From: Eledone cirrhosa
Taxonomy: Eukaryota
Direction of reading: 5' to 3'
Assembly (NCBI GenBank): GCA_964016885.1
Contig: OZ024757.1
Span: 10,230,001 to 10,294,000 of the forward strand
Length of the DNA: 64,000 nt
The stretch's first letter is position 1. The number at the start of each line of letters is the position of its first letter. A model generated the notes under the pieces. It did no database searches, had not been told where the DNA came from, and worked only from the letters and a program-made list of their open reading frames with translations. Of the stretch, positions 38,001-51,600 are shown piece after piece. A program made the position numbers and the translations under genes.

Positions 38001-41000
38001 GTTGGGGATAATTTAAGTTGGGGTTAATTTAAGTTGGGGTTAAGTTATGTTGGGGTTAAGGTAAGTTGGGGTTAAGTTAAGTTGGGGTTAAGTTAAGTTG
38101 GGGTTACCTTAAGTTGGGGTTAAGTTAAGTTGGGGTTAAGTTAAGTTGGGGTTAAGTTAAGTTGCGGTTAAGTTAAGTTAGGGGTAATTCAAGTTGGGGT
38201 TAAATCAAGTTGGGTTTAAGTTAAGTTGGGGTTCAGTTAAGTTGGGGCTAATTTAAGTTGGGGTTAAGTTGGGGTTAAGTTAATTTGGGGTTTAGTTAAG
38301 TTGGGGTTAAGTTAAGTTGGGGGTAAGTTAAGTTAGGGGTAATTTAAGTTGGGGTTAAGTTAAGTTGGGGTTAAGGTAAGTTGGGGTTAAGTTAAGTTGG
38401 GGTTAAGTTAAGTTGGGGGTAAGTTAAGTTAGGGGTAAGTTACGTTGGGGTTAAGTTAAGTCGGGGTTAAGTTAAGTTGGGGATAAGTTAAGTTGGGGTT
38501 AATTTAAGTTGGGGTTAAGTTATGTTGGGGTTAAGGTAAGTTGGGGTTAAGTTAAGTTGGGGTTACGTTAAGTTGGGGTTACCTTAAGTTGGGGTTAAGT
38601 TAAGTTGGGGTTAAGTTAAGTTGGGATTAAGTCAAGTTGGGGTTAAGTCAAGTTGGGGTTAAGTCAAGTTGGGATTAAGTCAAGTTTGGGTTAAGTTAAG
38701 TTGGGGTTAAGTTAAGTTGGGGTTAAGTTAAGTTGGGATTGAGTCAAGTTGGGGTTAAGTTAAGTTGGGGTTAAGTCAAGTTGGGGTTAAATCAAGTTGG
38801 GTTTAAGTTAAGTTGGGGTTCAGTTAAGTTGGGGCTAAGTTACGTTGGGGTTAAGTTGGGGTTAAGTTAAGTTGGGGTTAAGTTAAGTTGGGGTTAAGTT
38901 AAGTTGGGGGTAAGTTAAGTTAGGGGTAATTTAAGTTGGGGTTAAGTTAAGTTGGGGTTAAGGTAAGTTGGGGTTAAGTTAAGTTGGGGTTAAGTTAAGT
39001 TGGGGTTAAGTTAAGTTGGGTTTAAGTTAAGTTGGGATTAAGTCAAGTTGGGGTTAAGTCAAGTTGGGGTTAAGTCAAGTTGGGGTTAATTCAAGTTGGG
39101 GTTAAGTCAAGTTGGGATTAAGTCAAGTTGGGGTTAAGTCAAGTTGGGGTTAAGTTAAGTTGGGGTTAAGTTAAGTTGGGGTTAAGTTAAGTTGGGTTTA
39201 AGTTAAGTTGGGGTTAAGTTAAGTAGGGGTTAAGTTAAGTTGGGGTTAAGTTGGGGTTAAGTTAAGTTGGGGTTAAGTTAAGTTGGGTTAAGTTAAGTTG
39301 GGGTTAATTAAGTTGGGGGTAAGTTAAGTTAGGGGTAAGTTAAGTTGGGGTTAATTTAAGTTGGGGTTAAGTTAAGTTGGGGTTAAGTTAAGTTGGGGTT
39401 AAGTTAAGTTGGGGTTAATTTAAGTTGGGGTTAAGTTAAGTTGGGGTTAAGGTAAGTTGGGGTTAAGTTAAGTTGGGGTTAAGTTAAGTTGGGGTTACGT
39501 TAAGTTGGGGTTAAGTTAAGTTGGGGTTAAGTTAAGTTGGGATTAAGTCAAGTTGGTGTTAAGTCAAGTTGGGGTTAAGTCAAGTTGGGGTTAAGTCAAG
39601 TTGGGGTTAAGTCAAGTTTGGGTTAAGTTAAGTTGGGGTTAAGTTAAGTTGGGGTTAAGTTAAGTGGGGGTTAAGTTAACTTGGGGTTAAGTTAAGTTGG
39701 GGCTAATTTAAGTTGGTGTTAATTTAAGTTGGGGTTAAGTTAAGTTGGGGTTAAGTTAAGTTGGGGTTAAATTAAGCTGGGGTTAACTTAAGTAGGGGTT
39801 AAGTTAAGTTGGGTTAAGTTGGGATTAACTTAAGTTTGGGTTAAGTTAAGTTGGGGTTAAGTTAAGTTCGGATTGAGTCAAGTGTGGGGTTAAGTCAAGT
39901 TGGGGTTAAGTCAAGTTGGGTTTAAGTTAAGTTGGGGTTAAGTTAAGTTGGGGTTAAGTTAAGTTGGTGTTAAGTTAAGTTGGGGTTAAGTTAAGTTGGG
40001 GTTAAGTTAATATGGGGTTAAGTTAAGTTGGGGTTAAGTTAAGTTGGGGTTAAGTCAAGTTGGGGTTAAGTCAAGTTGGGGTTAAGTTAAGTTGGGGTTA
40101 AGTTAAGTTGGGGTTAAGTTAAGTTGGGGGTAAGTTAATTAAGTCGGGGGTAATTTAAGTTGGGGGTAAGTTAAGCTGGGGTTAAGTTAAGTTGGGGTTA
40201 AGTTAAGTTGGGGTTAAGTTAAGTAGGGGTTAAGTTAAGTTGGGGTTAAGTTGGGGTTAAGTTAAGTTGGGGTTAAGTTAATTTGGGGTTAAGTTAAGTT
40301 GGGGTTAAGTTAAGTTGGGGTTAAGTTAAGTTGGGGGTAAGTTAAGTTAGGGGTAAGTTAAGTTGGGGTTAAGTTAAGTTGGGGTTAAGTTAAGTTGGGG
40401 ATAAGTTAAGTTGGGGTTAATTTAAGTTGGGGTTAAGTTAAGTTGGGGTTAAGGTAAGTTGGGGTTAAGTTAAGTTGGGGTTAAGTTAAGTTGGGGTTAA
40501 GTTAAGTTGGGGTTAAGTTAAGTTGGGGTTAATTTAAGTTGGGATTGAGTCAAGTTGGGGTTAAGTTAAGTTGGGGTTAAGTCAAGTTGGGGTTAAATCA
40601 AGTTGGGTTTAAGTTAAGTTGGGGTTCAGTTAAGTTGGGGCTAAGTTAAGTTGGGGTTAAGTTGGGGTTAAGTTAAGTTGGGGTTAAGTTAAGTTGGGGT
40701 TAAGTTAAGTTGGGGGTAAGTTAAGTTAGGGGTAATTTAAGTTGGGGTTAAGTTAAGTTGGGGTTAAGGTAAGTTGGGGTTAAGTTAAGTTGGGGTTAAG
40801 TTAAGTTGGGGTTAAGTTAAGTTGGGTTTAAGTTAAGTTGGGATTAAGTCAAGTTGGGGTTAATTCAAGTTGGGGTTAAGTCAAGTTGGGGTTAATTCAA
40901 GTTGGGGTTAAGTCAAGTTGGGATTAAGTCAAGTTGGGGTTAAGTCAAGTTGGGGTTAAGTTAAGTTGGGGTTAAGTTAAGTTGGGGTTAAGTTAAGTTG

Positions 41001-42470
41001 GGTTTAAGTTAAGTTGGGGTTAAGTTAAGTAGGGGTTAAGTTAAGTTGGGGTTAAGTTGGGGTTAAGTTAAGTTGGGGTTAAGTTAAGTTGGGTTAAGTT
41101 AAGTTGGGGTTAATTAAGTTGGGGGTAAGTTAAGTTAGGGGTAAGTTAAGTTGGGGTTAATTTAAGTTGGGGTTAAGTTAAGTTGGGGTTAAGTTAAGTT
41201 GGGGTTAATTTAAGTTGGGGTTAAGTTAAGTTGGGGTTAAGGTAAGTTGGGGTTAAGTTAAGTTGGGGTTAAGTTAAGTTGGGGTTACGTTAAGTTGGGG
41301 TTAAGTTAAGTTGGGGTTAAGTTAAGTTGGGATTAAGTCAAGTTGGTGTTAAGTCAAGTTGGGGTTAAGTCAAGTTGGGGTTAAGTCAAGTTGGGGTTAA
41401 GTCAAGTTTGGGTTAAGTTAAGTTGGGGTTAAGTTAAGTTGGGGTTAAGTTAAGTGGGGGTTAAGTTAACTTGGGGTTAAGTTAAGTTGGGGCTAATTTA
41501 AGTTGGTGTTAATTTAAGTTGGGGTTAAGTTAAGTTGGGGTTAAGTTAAGTTGGGGTTAAATTAAGCTGGGGTTAACTTAAGTAGGGGTTAAGTTAAGTT
41601 GGGTTAAGTTGGGATTAACTTAAGTTTGGGTTAAGTTAAGTTGGGGTTAAGTTAAGTTCGGATTGAGTCAAGTGTGGGGTTAAGTCAAGTTGGGGTTAAG
41701 TTAAGTCGGGGTTAAGTTAAGTTGGGGATAATTTAAGTTGGGGTTAATTTAAGTTGGGGTTAAGTTATGTTGGGGTTAAGGTAAGTTGGGGTTAAGTTAA
41801 GTTGGGGTTAAGTTAAGTTGGGGTTACCTTAAGTTGGGGTTAAGTTAAGTTGGGGTTAAGTTAAGTTGGGGTTAAGTTAAGTTGCGGTTAAGTTAAGTTA
41901 GGGGTAAGTCAAGTTGGGGTTAAATCAAGTTGGGTTTAAGTTAAGTTGGGGTTCAGTTAAGTTGGGGCTAATTTAAGTTGGGGTTAAGTTGGGGTTAAGT
42001 TAATTTGGGGTTTAGTTAAGTTGGGGTTAAGTTAAGTTGGGGGTAAGTTAAGTTAGGGGTAATTTAAGTTGGGGTTAAGTTAAGTTGGGGTTAAGGTAAG
42101 TTGGGGTTAAGTTGGGGTTAAGTTAAGTTGGGGGTAAGTTAAGTTAGGGGTAAGTTACGTTGGGGTTAAGTTAAGTCGGGGTTAAGTTAAGTTGGGGATA
42201 AGTTAAGTTGGGGTTAATTTAAGTTGGGGTTAAGTTATGTTGGGGTTAAGGTAAGTTGGGGTTAAGTTAAGTTGGGGTTACGTTAAGTTGGGGTTACCTT
42301 AAGTTGGGGTTAAGTTAAGTTGGGGTTAAGTTAAGTTGGGATTAAGTCAAGTTGGGGTTAAGTCAAGTTGGGGTTAAGTCAAGTTGGGATTAAGTCAAGT
42401 TTGGGTTAAGTTAAGTTGGGGTTAAGTTAAGTTGGGGTTAAGTTAAGTTGGGATTGAGTCAAGTTGGGGT
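35090..42470 (+). repeat. Sub-family B domain 1 of the 16-bp satellite
   Basis: A-type variants (TCGAG, TCGGAGTAAAG, TTGAGTTAAG) vanish. They are replaced by TTAGGGGTAA, runs of TTAAGTCAAG, TTCAGTT, TTACCTT, AAGTTATGTT, AAGCTGGGG and TTCGGATTGAGTCAAGTGTGGGG. Confidence 0.9.
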
Positions 42471-45400
42471 TAAGTTAAGTTGGCGTTGAGTTAAGTTGGG
42501 GTTGAGTTAAGTTGGGGTTGAGTTAAGTTGGGGTTGAGTTAAGTTGGGGTCGAGTTAAGTTGGGGTTGAGTTAAGTTGGGGTTAAGTTAAGTTGGGGTTA
42601 AGTTAAGTTGGGGTTAAGTTAAGTTGGGATTAGATTAAGTAGGAGTTAAGTTAAGTTGGGGTTAAGTTAAGTTGTGGTTAAGTTAAGTTGGGGTTAAGTT
42701 AAGTTGGGGTTAAGTTAAGTTGGGGTTAACTTAAGTTGGAGTTAAGTTAAGTTGGGGTTAAGTTAAATTTGGTTTAAGTTAAGTTGGGGTTAAGTTAAGT
42801 TGGGGTTAAGTTAAGTTGGGATTAGATTAAGTTGGGGTTAAGTTAAGTTGGGGTTGAGTTAAGTTGGGGTTAAGTTAAGTTGGCGTTAAGTTAAGTTGGG
42901 GTTAAGTTAAGTTGGGGTTAAGTTAAGTTGGGGTTAATTTAAGTTGGGGTTAAGTTAAGTTGGGGTTAATTTAAGTTGGGGTTAAGTTAAGTTGGGGTTA
43001 AGTTAAGTTGGAGTTAAGTTAAGTTGGGGTTAAGTCAAGTTGGGGTTGAGTTAATTTGGGGTTAAGTTAAGTTGGGGTTAAGTTAAGTTGGAGTTAAGTT
43101 AAGTTGGGGTTAAGTCAAGTTGGGGTTGAGTTAATTTGGGGTTGAATTAAGTTGGGGTTAGGTTAAGTTGGGGTTAAGTTAAGTTTGGTTTAAGTTAAGT
43201 TGGGGTTAAGTTAAGTTGGGGTTAAGTTAAGTTGGGGTTAAGTTAAGTTGGGGTTGATTTAAGTTGGGGTTGATTTAAGTTGGGGTTGAATTAAGTTGGG
43301 GTCGAGTTAAGTTGGGGTTGAGTTAAGTTGGGGTTAAGTTAAGTTGGGGTTAAGTTAAGTTGGAGTTAAGTTAAGTTGGGGTTAAGTTAAGTTGGGGTTA
43401 AGTTAAGTCGGAGTAAAGTTAAGTTGGGGTTAAGTTAAGTTGGGGGTAAGTTAAGTTGTGGTTAAGTTAAGTTGGGGTTAATTTGGGGTTAAGTTAAGTT
43501 GGGGTTGAGTTAAGTTGGGGTTGAATTAAGTTGGGATTGAGTTAAGTTGGAGTTAAGTTAAGTTGGGATTAAGTTAAGTTTGCGTTAAATTAAGTTGGGG
43601 TTACGTTAAGTTGGGGTTGAGTTAAGTTGGGGTCGAGTTAAGTTGGGGCTGAGTTAACTTGGGGTTAAGTTAAGTTGGGGTTAAGTTAAGTTGGGGTTAA
43701 GTTAAGTTGGGATTAGATTAAGTAGGAGTTAAGTTAAGTTGGGGTTAAGTTAAGTTGTGGTTAAGTTAAGTTGGGGTTAATTTAAGTTGGGGTTAAGTTA
43801 AGTTGGGGTTAACTTAAGTTGGAGTTACGTTAAGTTGGGGTTAAGTTAAGTTGAGGCTAAGTTAAGTTGGGGCTGAGTTAACTTGGGGTTAAGTTAAGTT
43901 GGGGTTAAGTTAAGTTGGGGTTAAGGTAAGTTGGGGTTAAGTTAAGTTGGGGTTAAGTTAAGTTGGGGTTAAGTTAAGTTGGGGTTAACTTAAGTTGGGG
44001 TTAAGTTGGGGTTAACTTAAGTTGGGGTTAATTTAAGTTGGGGTTGAGTTAAGTTGGGGTTGATTTCAGTTTGGGTTGAGTTAAGTTGGGGTCGAGTTAA
44101 GTTGGGGTTGTGTTAAGTTGGGGTTAAGTTAAGTTGGGGTTAAGTTAAGTTGGGGTTGAGTTAAGTTGGGATCGAGGTAAGTTGGGGTTGAGTTAAGTTG
44201 GGGTTAAGTTAAGTTTGGTTTAAGTTAAGTTGGGGTTAAGTTAAGGTGGGATTAGGTTAAGTTGGGGTTAAGTTAAGTTGGGGTTAAGTTAAGTTGGGGT
44301 TAAGGTAAGTTGGGGTTAAGTTAAGTTGGGGTTAAGTTAAGTTGGGGTTAAGTTAAGTTGGGGTTAACTTAAGTTGGGGTTAAGTTGGGGTTAACTTAAG
44401 TTGGGGTTAAGTTGGGGTTAACTTAAGTTGGGGTTAAGTTAAGTTGGGGTTGAGTTAAGTTGGGGTTGATTTAAGTTGGGGTTGAGGTAAGTTGGAGTCG
44501 AGTTAAGTTGGGGTTGAGTTAAGTTGGGGTTAAGTTAAGTTGGGGTTAAGTTAAGTTGGGGTTAATTTAAGTCGGAGTTAAGTTAAGTTGGGGTTAAGTT
44601 AAGTTGGGGGTAAGTTAAGTTGTGGTTAAGTTAAGTTGGGGTTAAGTTGGGGTTAAGTTAAGTTGGGGTTAAGTTAAGTGGGGTTGAATTAATTTGGAGT
44701 TAAGTTAAGTTGGGGTTAATTTAAGTTGGGGTTAAGTTAAGTCGGGGTAAAGTTAAGTTGGGGTTAATTTAAGTTGGGGGTAAGTTAATTTGGGGTTAAG
44801 TTAAGTTGGGGTTTAGTTAATTTGGGGTTAAGTCAAGTTGGGGTTAAGTCAAGTTGGGGTTAAGTTAAGTTGGGGTTAAGTTAAGTCGGGGTTAAGTTAA
44901 GTTGGGGTTAAGTTAAGTCGGGGTTAAGTTAAGTTGGGGTTAAGTTAAGTTGGGGTAAGTTAAGTTGGGGTTAAGTTAAGTTGGGGTTTACTTAAGTTGG
45001 GGTTAAGTCAAGTTGGGGTTAAGTCAAGTTGGGGTTAAGTCAAGTTGGGGTTAAGTTAAGTTGGGGTTAAGTTAAGTTGGGGTTAAATTAAGTTGGGGTT
45101 AAGTTAAGTTGGGGTTAAGTTAAGTTGGCGTTAAGTTAAGTTGGGGTTAAGTTAACTTGGGGTTAAGTTAAGTTGGGGTTAAGTTAAGTTGGGGTTAAGT
45201 TAAGTTGGGATTAGGTTAAGTTGGGGTTAAATCAAGTTGGGGTTAACTTAAGTTTGGATTAACTTAAGTTGGGTTAACTTAAGTTGGGGTTAAGTTGGGG
45301 TTAACTTAAGTTGGGGTTAAGTTAAGTTGGGGTTAAGTTAAGTTGGGGTTGAGTTAAGTTGGGGTTGAGTTAAGTTGGGGTTGAGTTAAGTTGGGGTTGA

Positions 45401-48400
45401 TTTAAGTTGGGGTTGAGTTAAGTTGGGGTCGAGTTAAGTTGGGGTTAAGTTAAGTTGGGGTTAAGTTAAGTTGGGGTTAAGTTAAGTTTGGTTTAAGTTA
45501 AGTTGGGGTTAAGTTAAGTTGGGGTTAAGTTAAGTTGGGATTAGGTTAAGTTGGGGTTAAGTTAAGTTGGGGTTAAGTTAAGTTGTGGTTAATTTAAGTT
45601 GGGGTTAAGTTAAGTTGGGGTTAAGTTAAGTTGGTGTTAAGGTAAGTTGGGGTTAAGTTAAGTTGGGGTTAAGTTAAGTTGGGGTTAAGTTAAGTTGGGG
45701 TTAACTTAAGTTGGGGTTAACTTAAGTTGGGGTTAAGTTGGGGTTAACTTAAGTTGGGGTTAAGTTGGGGTTAACTTAAGTTGGGGTTAAGTTAAGTTGG
45801 GGTTGAGTTAAGTTGGGGTTGATTTAACTTGGGGTTGAGTTAAGTTGGAGTCGAGTTAAGTTGGGGTTGAGTTAAGTTGGGGTTAAATTAAGTTGGGGTT
45901 AAGTTAAGTTGAAGTTAAGTTAAGTTGGGGTTAAGTTAAGTTGGGGTTAAGTTAAGTTGGCGTTAAATTAAATTGGGGTTAAATTAAGTTGGGGTTACGT
46001 TAAGTTGGGGTTAAGTTAAGTTGGGGTTAAGTCAAGTTGGGGTTAAATCAAGTTGGGGTTAACTTAAGTTTGGATTAACTTAAGTTGGGTTAACTTAAGT
46101 TGGGGTTAAGTTGGGCTTAACTTAAGTTGGGGTTAAGTTAAGTTGGGGTTGAGTTAAGTTGGGGTTGAGTTAAGTTGGGGTTGAGTTAAGTTGGGGTCGA
46201 GTTAAGTTGGGGTTGAGTTAAGTTGGGGTTAAGTTAAGTTGGGGTTAAGTTGGGGTTAAGTTAAGTTGGGATTAGGTTAAGTTGGGGTTAAGTTAAGTTG
46301 GGGTTAAGTTAAGTCGGAGTAAAGTTAAGTTGGGGTTAAGTTAAGTTGGGGGTAAGTTAAGTTGTGGTTAAGTTAAGTTGGGGTTAAGTTGGGGTTAAGT
46401 TAAGTTGGGGTTGAGTTAAGTTGGGGTTGAATTAAGTTGGGATTGAGTTAAGTTGGAGTTAAGTTAAGTTGGGGTTAAGTTAAGTTGGGGTTAAGTTAAG
46501 TTGGCGTTAAATTAAGTTGGGGTTAAGTTAAGTTGGGGTTACGTTAAGTTGGGGTTAAGTCAAGTTGGGGTTAAATCAAGTTGGGGTTAACTTAAGTTTG
46601 GATTAACTTAAGTTGGGTTAACTTAAGTTGGGATTAAGTTGGGGTTAACTTAAGTTGGGGTTAAGTTAAGTTGGGGTTGAGTTAAGTTGGGGTTGAGTTA
46701 AGTTGGGGTTGAGTTAAGTTGGGGTTAATTTAAGTTGGGGTTAAGTTAAGTTGGGGTTAAGTTAAGTTGGGATTAGATTAAGTAGGAGTTAAGTTAAGTT
46801 GGGGTTAAGTTAAGTTGTGGTTAAGTTAAGTTGGGGTTAAGTTAAGTTGGGGTTAAGTTAAGTTGGGGTTAACTTAAGTTGGGGTTAAGTTAAGTTGAGG
46901 CTAAGTTAAGTTGGGGCTGAGTTAACTTGGGGTTAAGTTAAGTTGGGGTTAAGTTAAGTTGGGGTTAAGGTAAGTTGGGGTTAAGTTAAGTTGGGGTTAA
47001 GTTAAGTTGGGGTTAAGTTAAGTTGGGGTTAACTTAAGTTGGGGTTAACCTAAGTTGGGGTTAAGTTGGGGTTAACTTAAGTTGGGGTTAATTTAAGTTG
47101 GGGTTGAGTTAAGTTGGGGTTGATTTCAGTTTGGGTTGAGTTAAGTTGGGGTTTTGTTAAGTTGGGGTTAAGTTAAGTTGGGGTTAAGTTAAGTTGGGGT
47201 TGAGTTAAGTTGGGATCGAGGTAAGTTGGGGTTGAGTTAAGTTGGGGTTAAGTTAAGTTGGGGTTAACTTAAGTTGGGGTTAACTTAAGTTGGGGTTAAG
47301 TTAAGTTGGGGTTAAGTTAAGTTGGGGTTAAGTTAAGTTGGGGTTAAGTTAAGTTGGGGTTAAGTTAAATTGGGGTTAAGTTAAGTTGGGGTTGAGTTAA
47401 GTTAGGGTCGAGTTAAGTTGGGGTTGAGTTAATTTGGGGTTGAATTAAGTTGGGGTTAGGTTAAGTTGGGGTTAAGTTAAATTTGGTTTAAGTTAAGTTG
47501 GGGTTAAGTTAAGTTGGGGTTAAGTTAAGTTGGGATTAGATTAAGTTGGGGTTAAGTTAAGTTGGGGTTGAGTTAAGTTGGGGTTAAGTTAAGTTGGCGT
47601 TAAGTTAAGTTGGGGTTAAGTTAAGTTGGGGTTAAGTTAAGTTGGGGTTAAGTTAAGTTGGGGTTAAGTTAAGTTGGGGTTAAGTTAAGTTGGAGTTAAG
47701 TTAAGTTGGGGTTAAGTCAAGTTGGGGTTGAGTTAATTTGGGGTTAAGTTAAGTTGGGGTTAAGTTAAGTTGGAGTTAAGTTAAGTTGGGGTTAAGTCAA
47801 GTTGGGGTTGAGTTAATTTGGGGTTGAATTAAGTTGGGGTTAGGTTAAGTTGGGGTTAAGTTAAGTTTGGTTTAAGTTAAGTTGGGGTTAAGTTAAGTTG
47901 GGGTTAAGTTAATTTGAGGTTAAGTTAAGTTGGGGTTGAGTTAAGTTGGGGTTGATTTAAGTTGGGGTTGAATTAAGTTGGGGTCGAGTTAAGTTGGGGT
48001 TGAGTTAAGTTGGGGTTAAGTTAAGTTGGGGTTAAGTTAAGTTGGAGTTAAGTTAAATTGGGGTTAAGTTAAGTTGGGGTTAAGTTAAGTCGGAGTAAAG
48101 TTAAGTTGGGGTTAAGTTAAGTTGGGGGTAAGTTAAGTTGTGGTTAAGTTAAGTTGGGGTTAAGTTGGGGTTATGTTAAGTTGGGGTTGAGTTAAGTTGG
48201 GGTTGAATTAAGTTGGGATTGAGTTAAGTTGGAGTTAAGTTAAGTTGGGGTTAAGTTAAGTTGGGGTTAAGTTAAGTTGGCGTTAAATTAAGTTGGGGTT
48301 AAGTTAAGTTGGGGTTACGTTAAGTTGGGGATAAGTTAAGTTGGGGTTAAGTCAAGTTGGGGTTAAATCAAGTTGGGGTTAACTTAAGTTTGAATTAACT

Positions 48401-48694
48401 TAAGTTGGGTTAACTTAAGTTGGGATTAAGTTGGGGTTAACTTAAGTTGGGGTTAAGTTAAGTTGGCGTTGAGTTAAGTTGGGGTTGAGTTAAGTTGGGG
48501 TTGAGTTAAGTTGGGGTTGAGTTAAGTTGGGGTCGAGTTAAGTTGGGGTTGATTTAAGTTGGGGTTAAGTTAAGTTGGGGTTAAGTTAAGTTGGGGTTAA
48601 GTTAAGTTGGGATTAGATTAAGTAGGAGTTAAGTTAAGTTGGGGTTAATTTAAGTTGTGGTTAAGTTAAGTTGGGGTTAAGTTAAGTTGGGGTT
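42471..48694 (+). repeat. Sub-family A domain 2 (copy of ~29030-35089)
   Basis: Abrupt return of A variants at GGCGTTGAG (42482); the landmark order is the same as at 29037-35090. Confidence 0.9.
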
Positions 48695-51600
48695 AAGTTA
48701 AGTAGGGGTTAAGTTAAGTTGGGGTTAAGTTGGGGTTAAGTTAAGTTGGGGTTAAGTTAAGTTGGGTTAAGTTAAGTTGGGGTTAATTAAGTTGGGGGTA
48801 AGTTAAGTTAGGGGTAAGTTAAGTTGGGGTTAATTTAAGTTGGGGTTAAGTTAAGTTGGGGATAAGTTAAGTTGGGGTTAATTTAAGTTGGGGTTAAGTT
48901 ATGTTGGGGTTAAGGTAAGTTGGGGTTAAGTTAAGTTGGGGTTAAGTTAAGTTGGGGTTACGTTAAGTTGGGGTTAAGTTAAGTTGGGGTTAAGTTAAGT
49001 TGGGATTAAGTCAAGTTGGGGTTAATCAAGTTGGGGTTAAGTCAAGTTGGGGTTAAGTCAAGTTTGGGTTAAGTTAAGTTGGGGTTAAGTTAAGTTGGGG
49101 TTAAGTTAATTTAGGGGTAATTTAAGTTGGGGTTAGGTTAAGTTGGGGTTAAGGTAAGTTGGGGTTAAGTTAAGTTGGGGTTAAGTTAAGTTGGGGGTAA
49201 GTTAAGTTAGGGGTAAGTCAAGTTGGGGTTAAATCAAGTTGGGTTTAAGTTAAGTTGGGGTTCAGTTAAGTTGGGGCTAAGTTAAGTTGGGGTTAAGTTG
49301 GGGTTAAGTTAAGTTGGGGTTAAGTTAAGTTGGGGTTAAGGTAAGTTGGGGTTAAGTTAAGTTGGGGTTAAGTTAAGTTGGCGGTAAGTTAAGTTAGGGG
49401 TAAGTCAAGTTGGGGTTAAATCAAGTTGGGTTTAAGTTAAGTTGGGGTTCAGTTAAGTTGGGGCTAAGTTAAGTTGGGGTTAAGTTGGGGTTAAGTTAAT
49501 TTGGGGTTACGTTAAGTTGGGGTTAAGTTAAGTTGGGGGTAAGTTAAGTTAGGGGTAATTTAAGTTGGGGTTAAGTTAAGTTGGGGTTAAGGTAAGTTGG
49601 GGTTAAGTTAAGTTGGGGTTAAGTTAAGTTGGGGGTAAGTTAAGTTAGGGGTAAGTTAAGTTGGGGTTAAGTTAAGTCGGGGTTAAGTTAAGTTGGGGAT
49701 AAGTTAAGTTGGGGTTAATTTAAGTTGGGGTTAAGTTATGTTGGGGTTAAGGTAAGTTGGGGTTAAGTTAAGTTGGGGTTAAGTTAAGTTGGGGTTACCT
49801 TAAGTTGGGGTTAAGTTAAGTTGGGGTTAAGTTAAGTTGGGGTTAAGTTAAGTTGGGGTTAAGTTAAGTTAGGGGTAAGTCAAGTTGGGGTTAAATCAAG
49901 TTGGGTTTAAGTTAAGTTGGGGTTCAGTTAAGTTGGGGCTAAGTTAAGTTGGGGTTAAGTTGGGGTTAAGTTAATTTGGGGTTTAGTTAAGTTGGGGTTA
50001 AGTTAAGTTGGGGGTAAGTTAAGTTAGGGGTAATTTAAGTTGGGGTTAAGTTAAGTTGGGGTTAAGGTAAGTTGGGGTTAAGTTAAGTTGGGGTTAAGTT
50101 AAGTTGGGGGTAAGTTAAGTTAGGGGTAAGTTAAGTTGGGGTTAAGTTAAGTCGGGGTTAAGTTAAGTTGGGGATAAGTTAAGTTGGGGTTAATTTAAGT
50201 TGGCGTTAAGTTATGTTGGGGTTAAGGTAAGTTGGGGTTAAGTTAAGTTGGGGTTACGTTAAGTTGGGGTTACCTTAAGTTGGGGTTAAGTTAAGTTGGG
50301 GTTAAGTTAAGTTGGGATTAAGTCAAGTTGGGGTTAAGTCAAGTTGGGGTTAAGTCAAGTTGGGATTAAGTCAAGTTTGGGTTAAGTTAAGTTGGGGTTA
50401 AGTTAAGTTGGGGTTAATTTAAGTTGGGATTGAGTCAAGTTGGGGTTAAGTTAAGTTGGGGTTAAGTCAAGTTGGGGTTAAATCAAGTTGGGTTTAAGTT
50501 AAGTTGGGGTTCAGTTAAGTTGGGGCTAAGTTAAGTTGCGGTTAAGTTGGGGTTAAGTTAAGTTGGGGTTAAGTTAAGTTGGGGTTAAGTTAAGTTGGGG
50601 GTAAGTTAAGTTAGGGGTAATTTAAGTTGGGGTTAAGTTAAGTTGGGGTTAAGGTAAGTTGGGGTTAAGTTAAGTTGGGGTTAAGTTAAGTTGGGGTTAA
50701 GTTAAGTTGGGTTTAAGTTAAGTTGGGATTAAGTCAAGTTGGGGTTAAGTCAAGTTGGGGTTAAGTCAAGTTGGGGTTAATTCAAGTTGGGGTTAAGTCA
50801 AGTTGGGATTAAGTCAAGTTGGGGTTAAGTCAAGTTGGGGTTAAGTTAAGTTGGGGTTAAGTTAAGTTGGGGTTAAGTTAAGTAGGGGTTAAGTTAAGTT
50901 GGGGTTAAGTTGGGGTTAAGTTAAGTTGGGGTTAAGTTAAGTTGGGTTAAGTTAAGTTGGGGTTAATTAAGTTGGGGGTAAGTTAAGTTAGGGGTAAGTT
51001 AAGTTGGGGTTAATTTAAGTTGGGGTTAAGTTAAGTTGGGGTTAAGTTAAGTTGGGGTTAATTTAAGTTGGGGTTAAGTTAAGTTGGGGTTAAGGTAAGT
51101 TGGGGTTAAGTTAAGTTGGGATTAAGTCAAGTTGGTGTTAAGTCAAGTTGGGGTTAAGTCAAGTTGGGGTTAAGTCAAGTTGGGGTTAAGTCAAGTTTGG
51201 GTTAAGTTAAGTTGGGGTTAAGTTAAGTTGGGGTTAAGTTAAGTGGGGGTTAAGTTAACTTGGGGTTAAGTTAAGTTGGGGCTAATTTAAGTTGGTGTTA
51301 ATTTAAGTTGGGGTTAATTTAAGTTGGGGTTAAGTTAAGTTGGGGTTAAATTAAGCTGGGGTTAACTTAAGTAGGGGTTAAGTTAAGTTGGGTTAAGTTG
51401 GGATTAACTTAAGTTTGGGTTAAGTTAAGTTGGGGTTAAGTTAAGTTCGGATTGAGTCAAGTGTGGGGTTAAGTCAAGTTGGGGTTAAGTTAAGTCGGGG
51501 TTAAGTTAAGTTGGGGATAATTTAAGTTGGGGTTAATTTAAGTTGGGGTTAAGTTATGTTGGGGTTAAGGTAAGTTGGGGTTAAGTTAAGTTGGGGTTAA

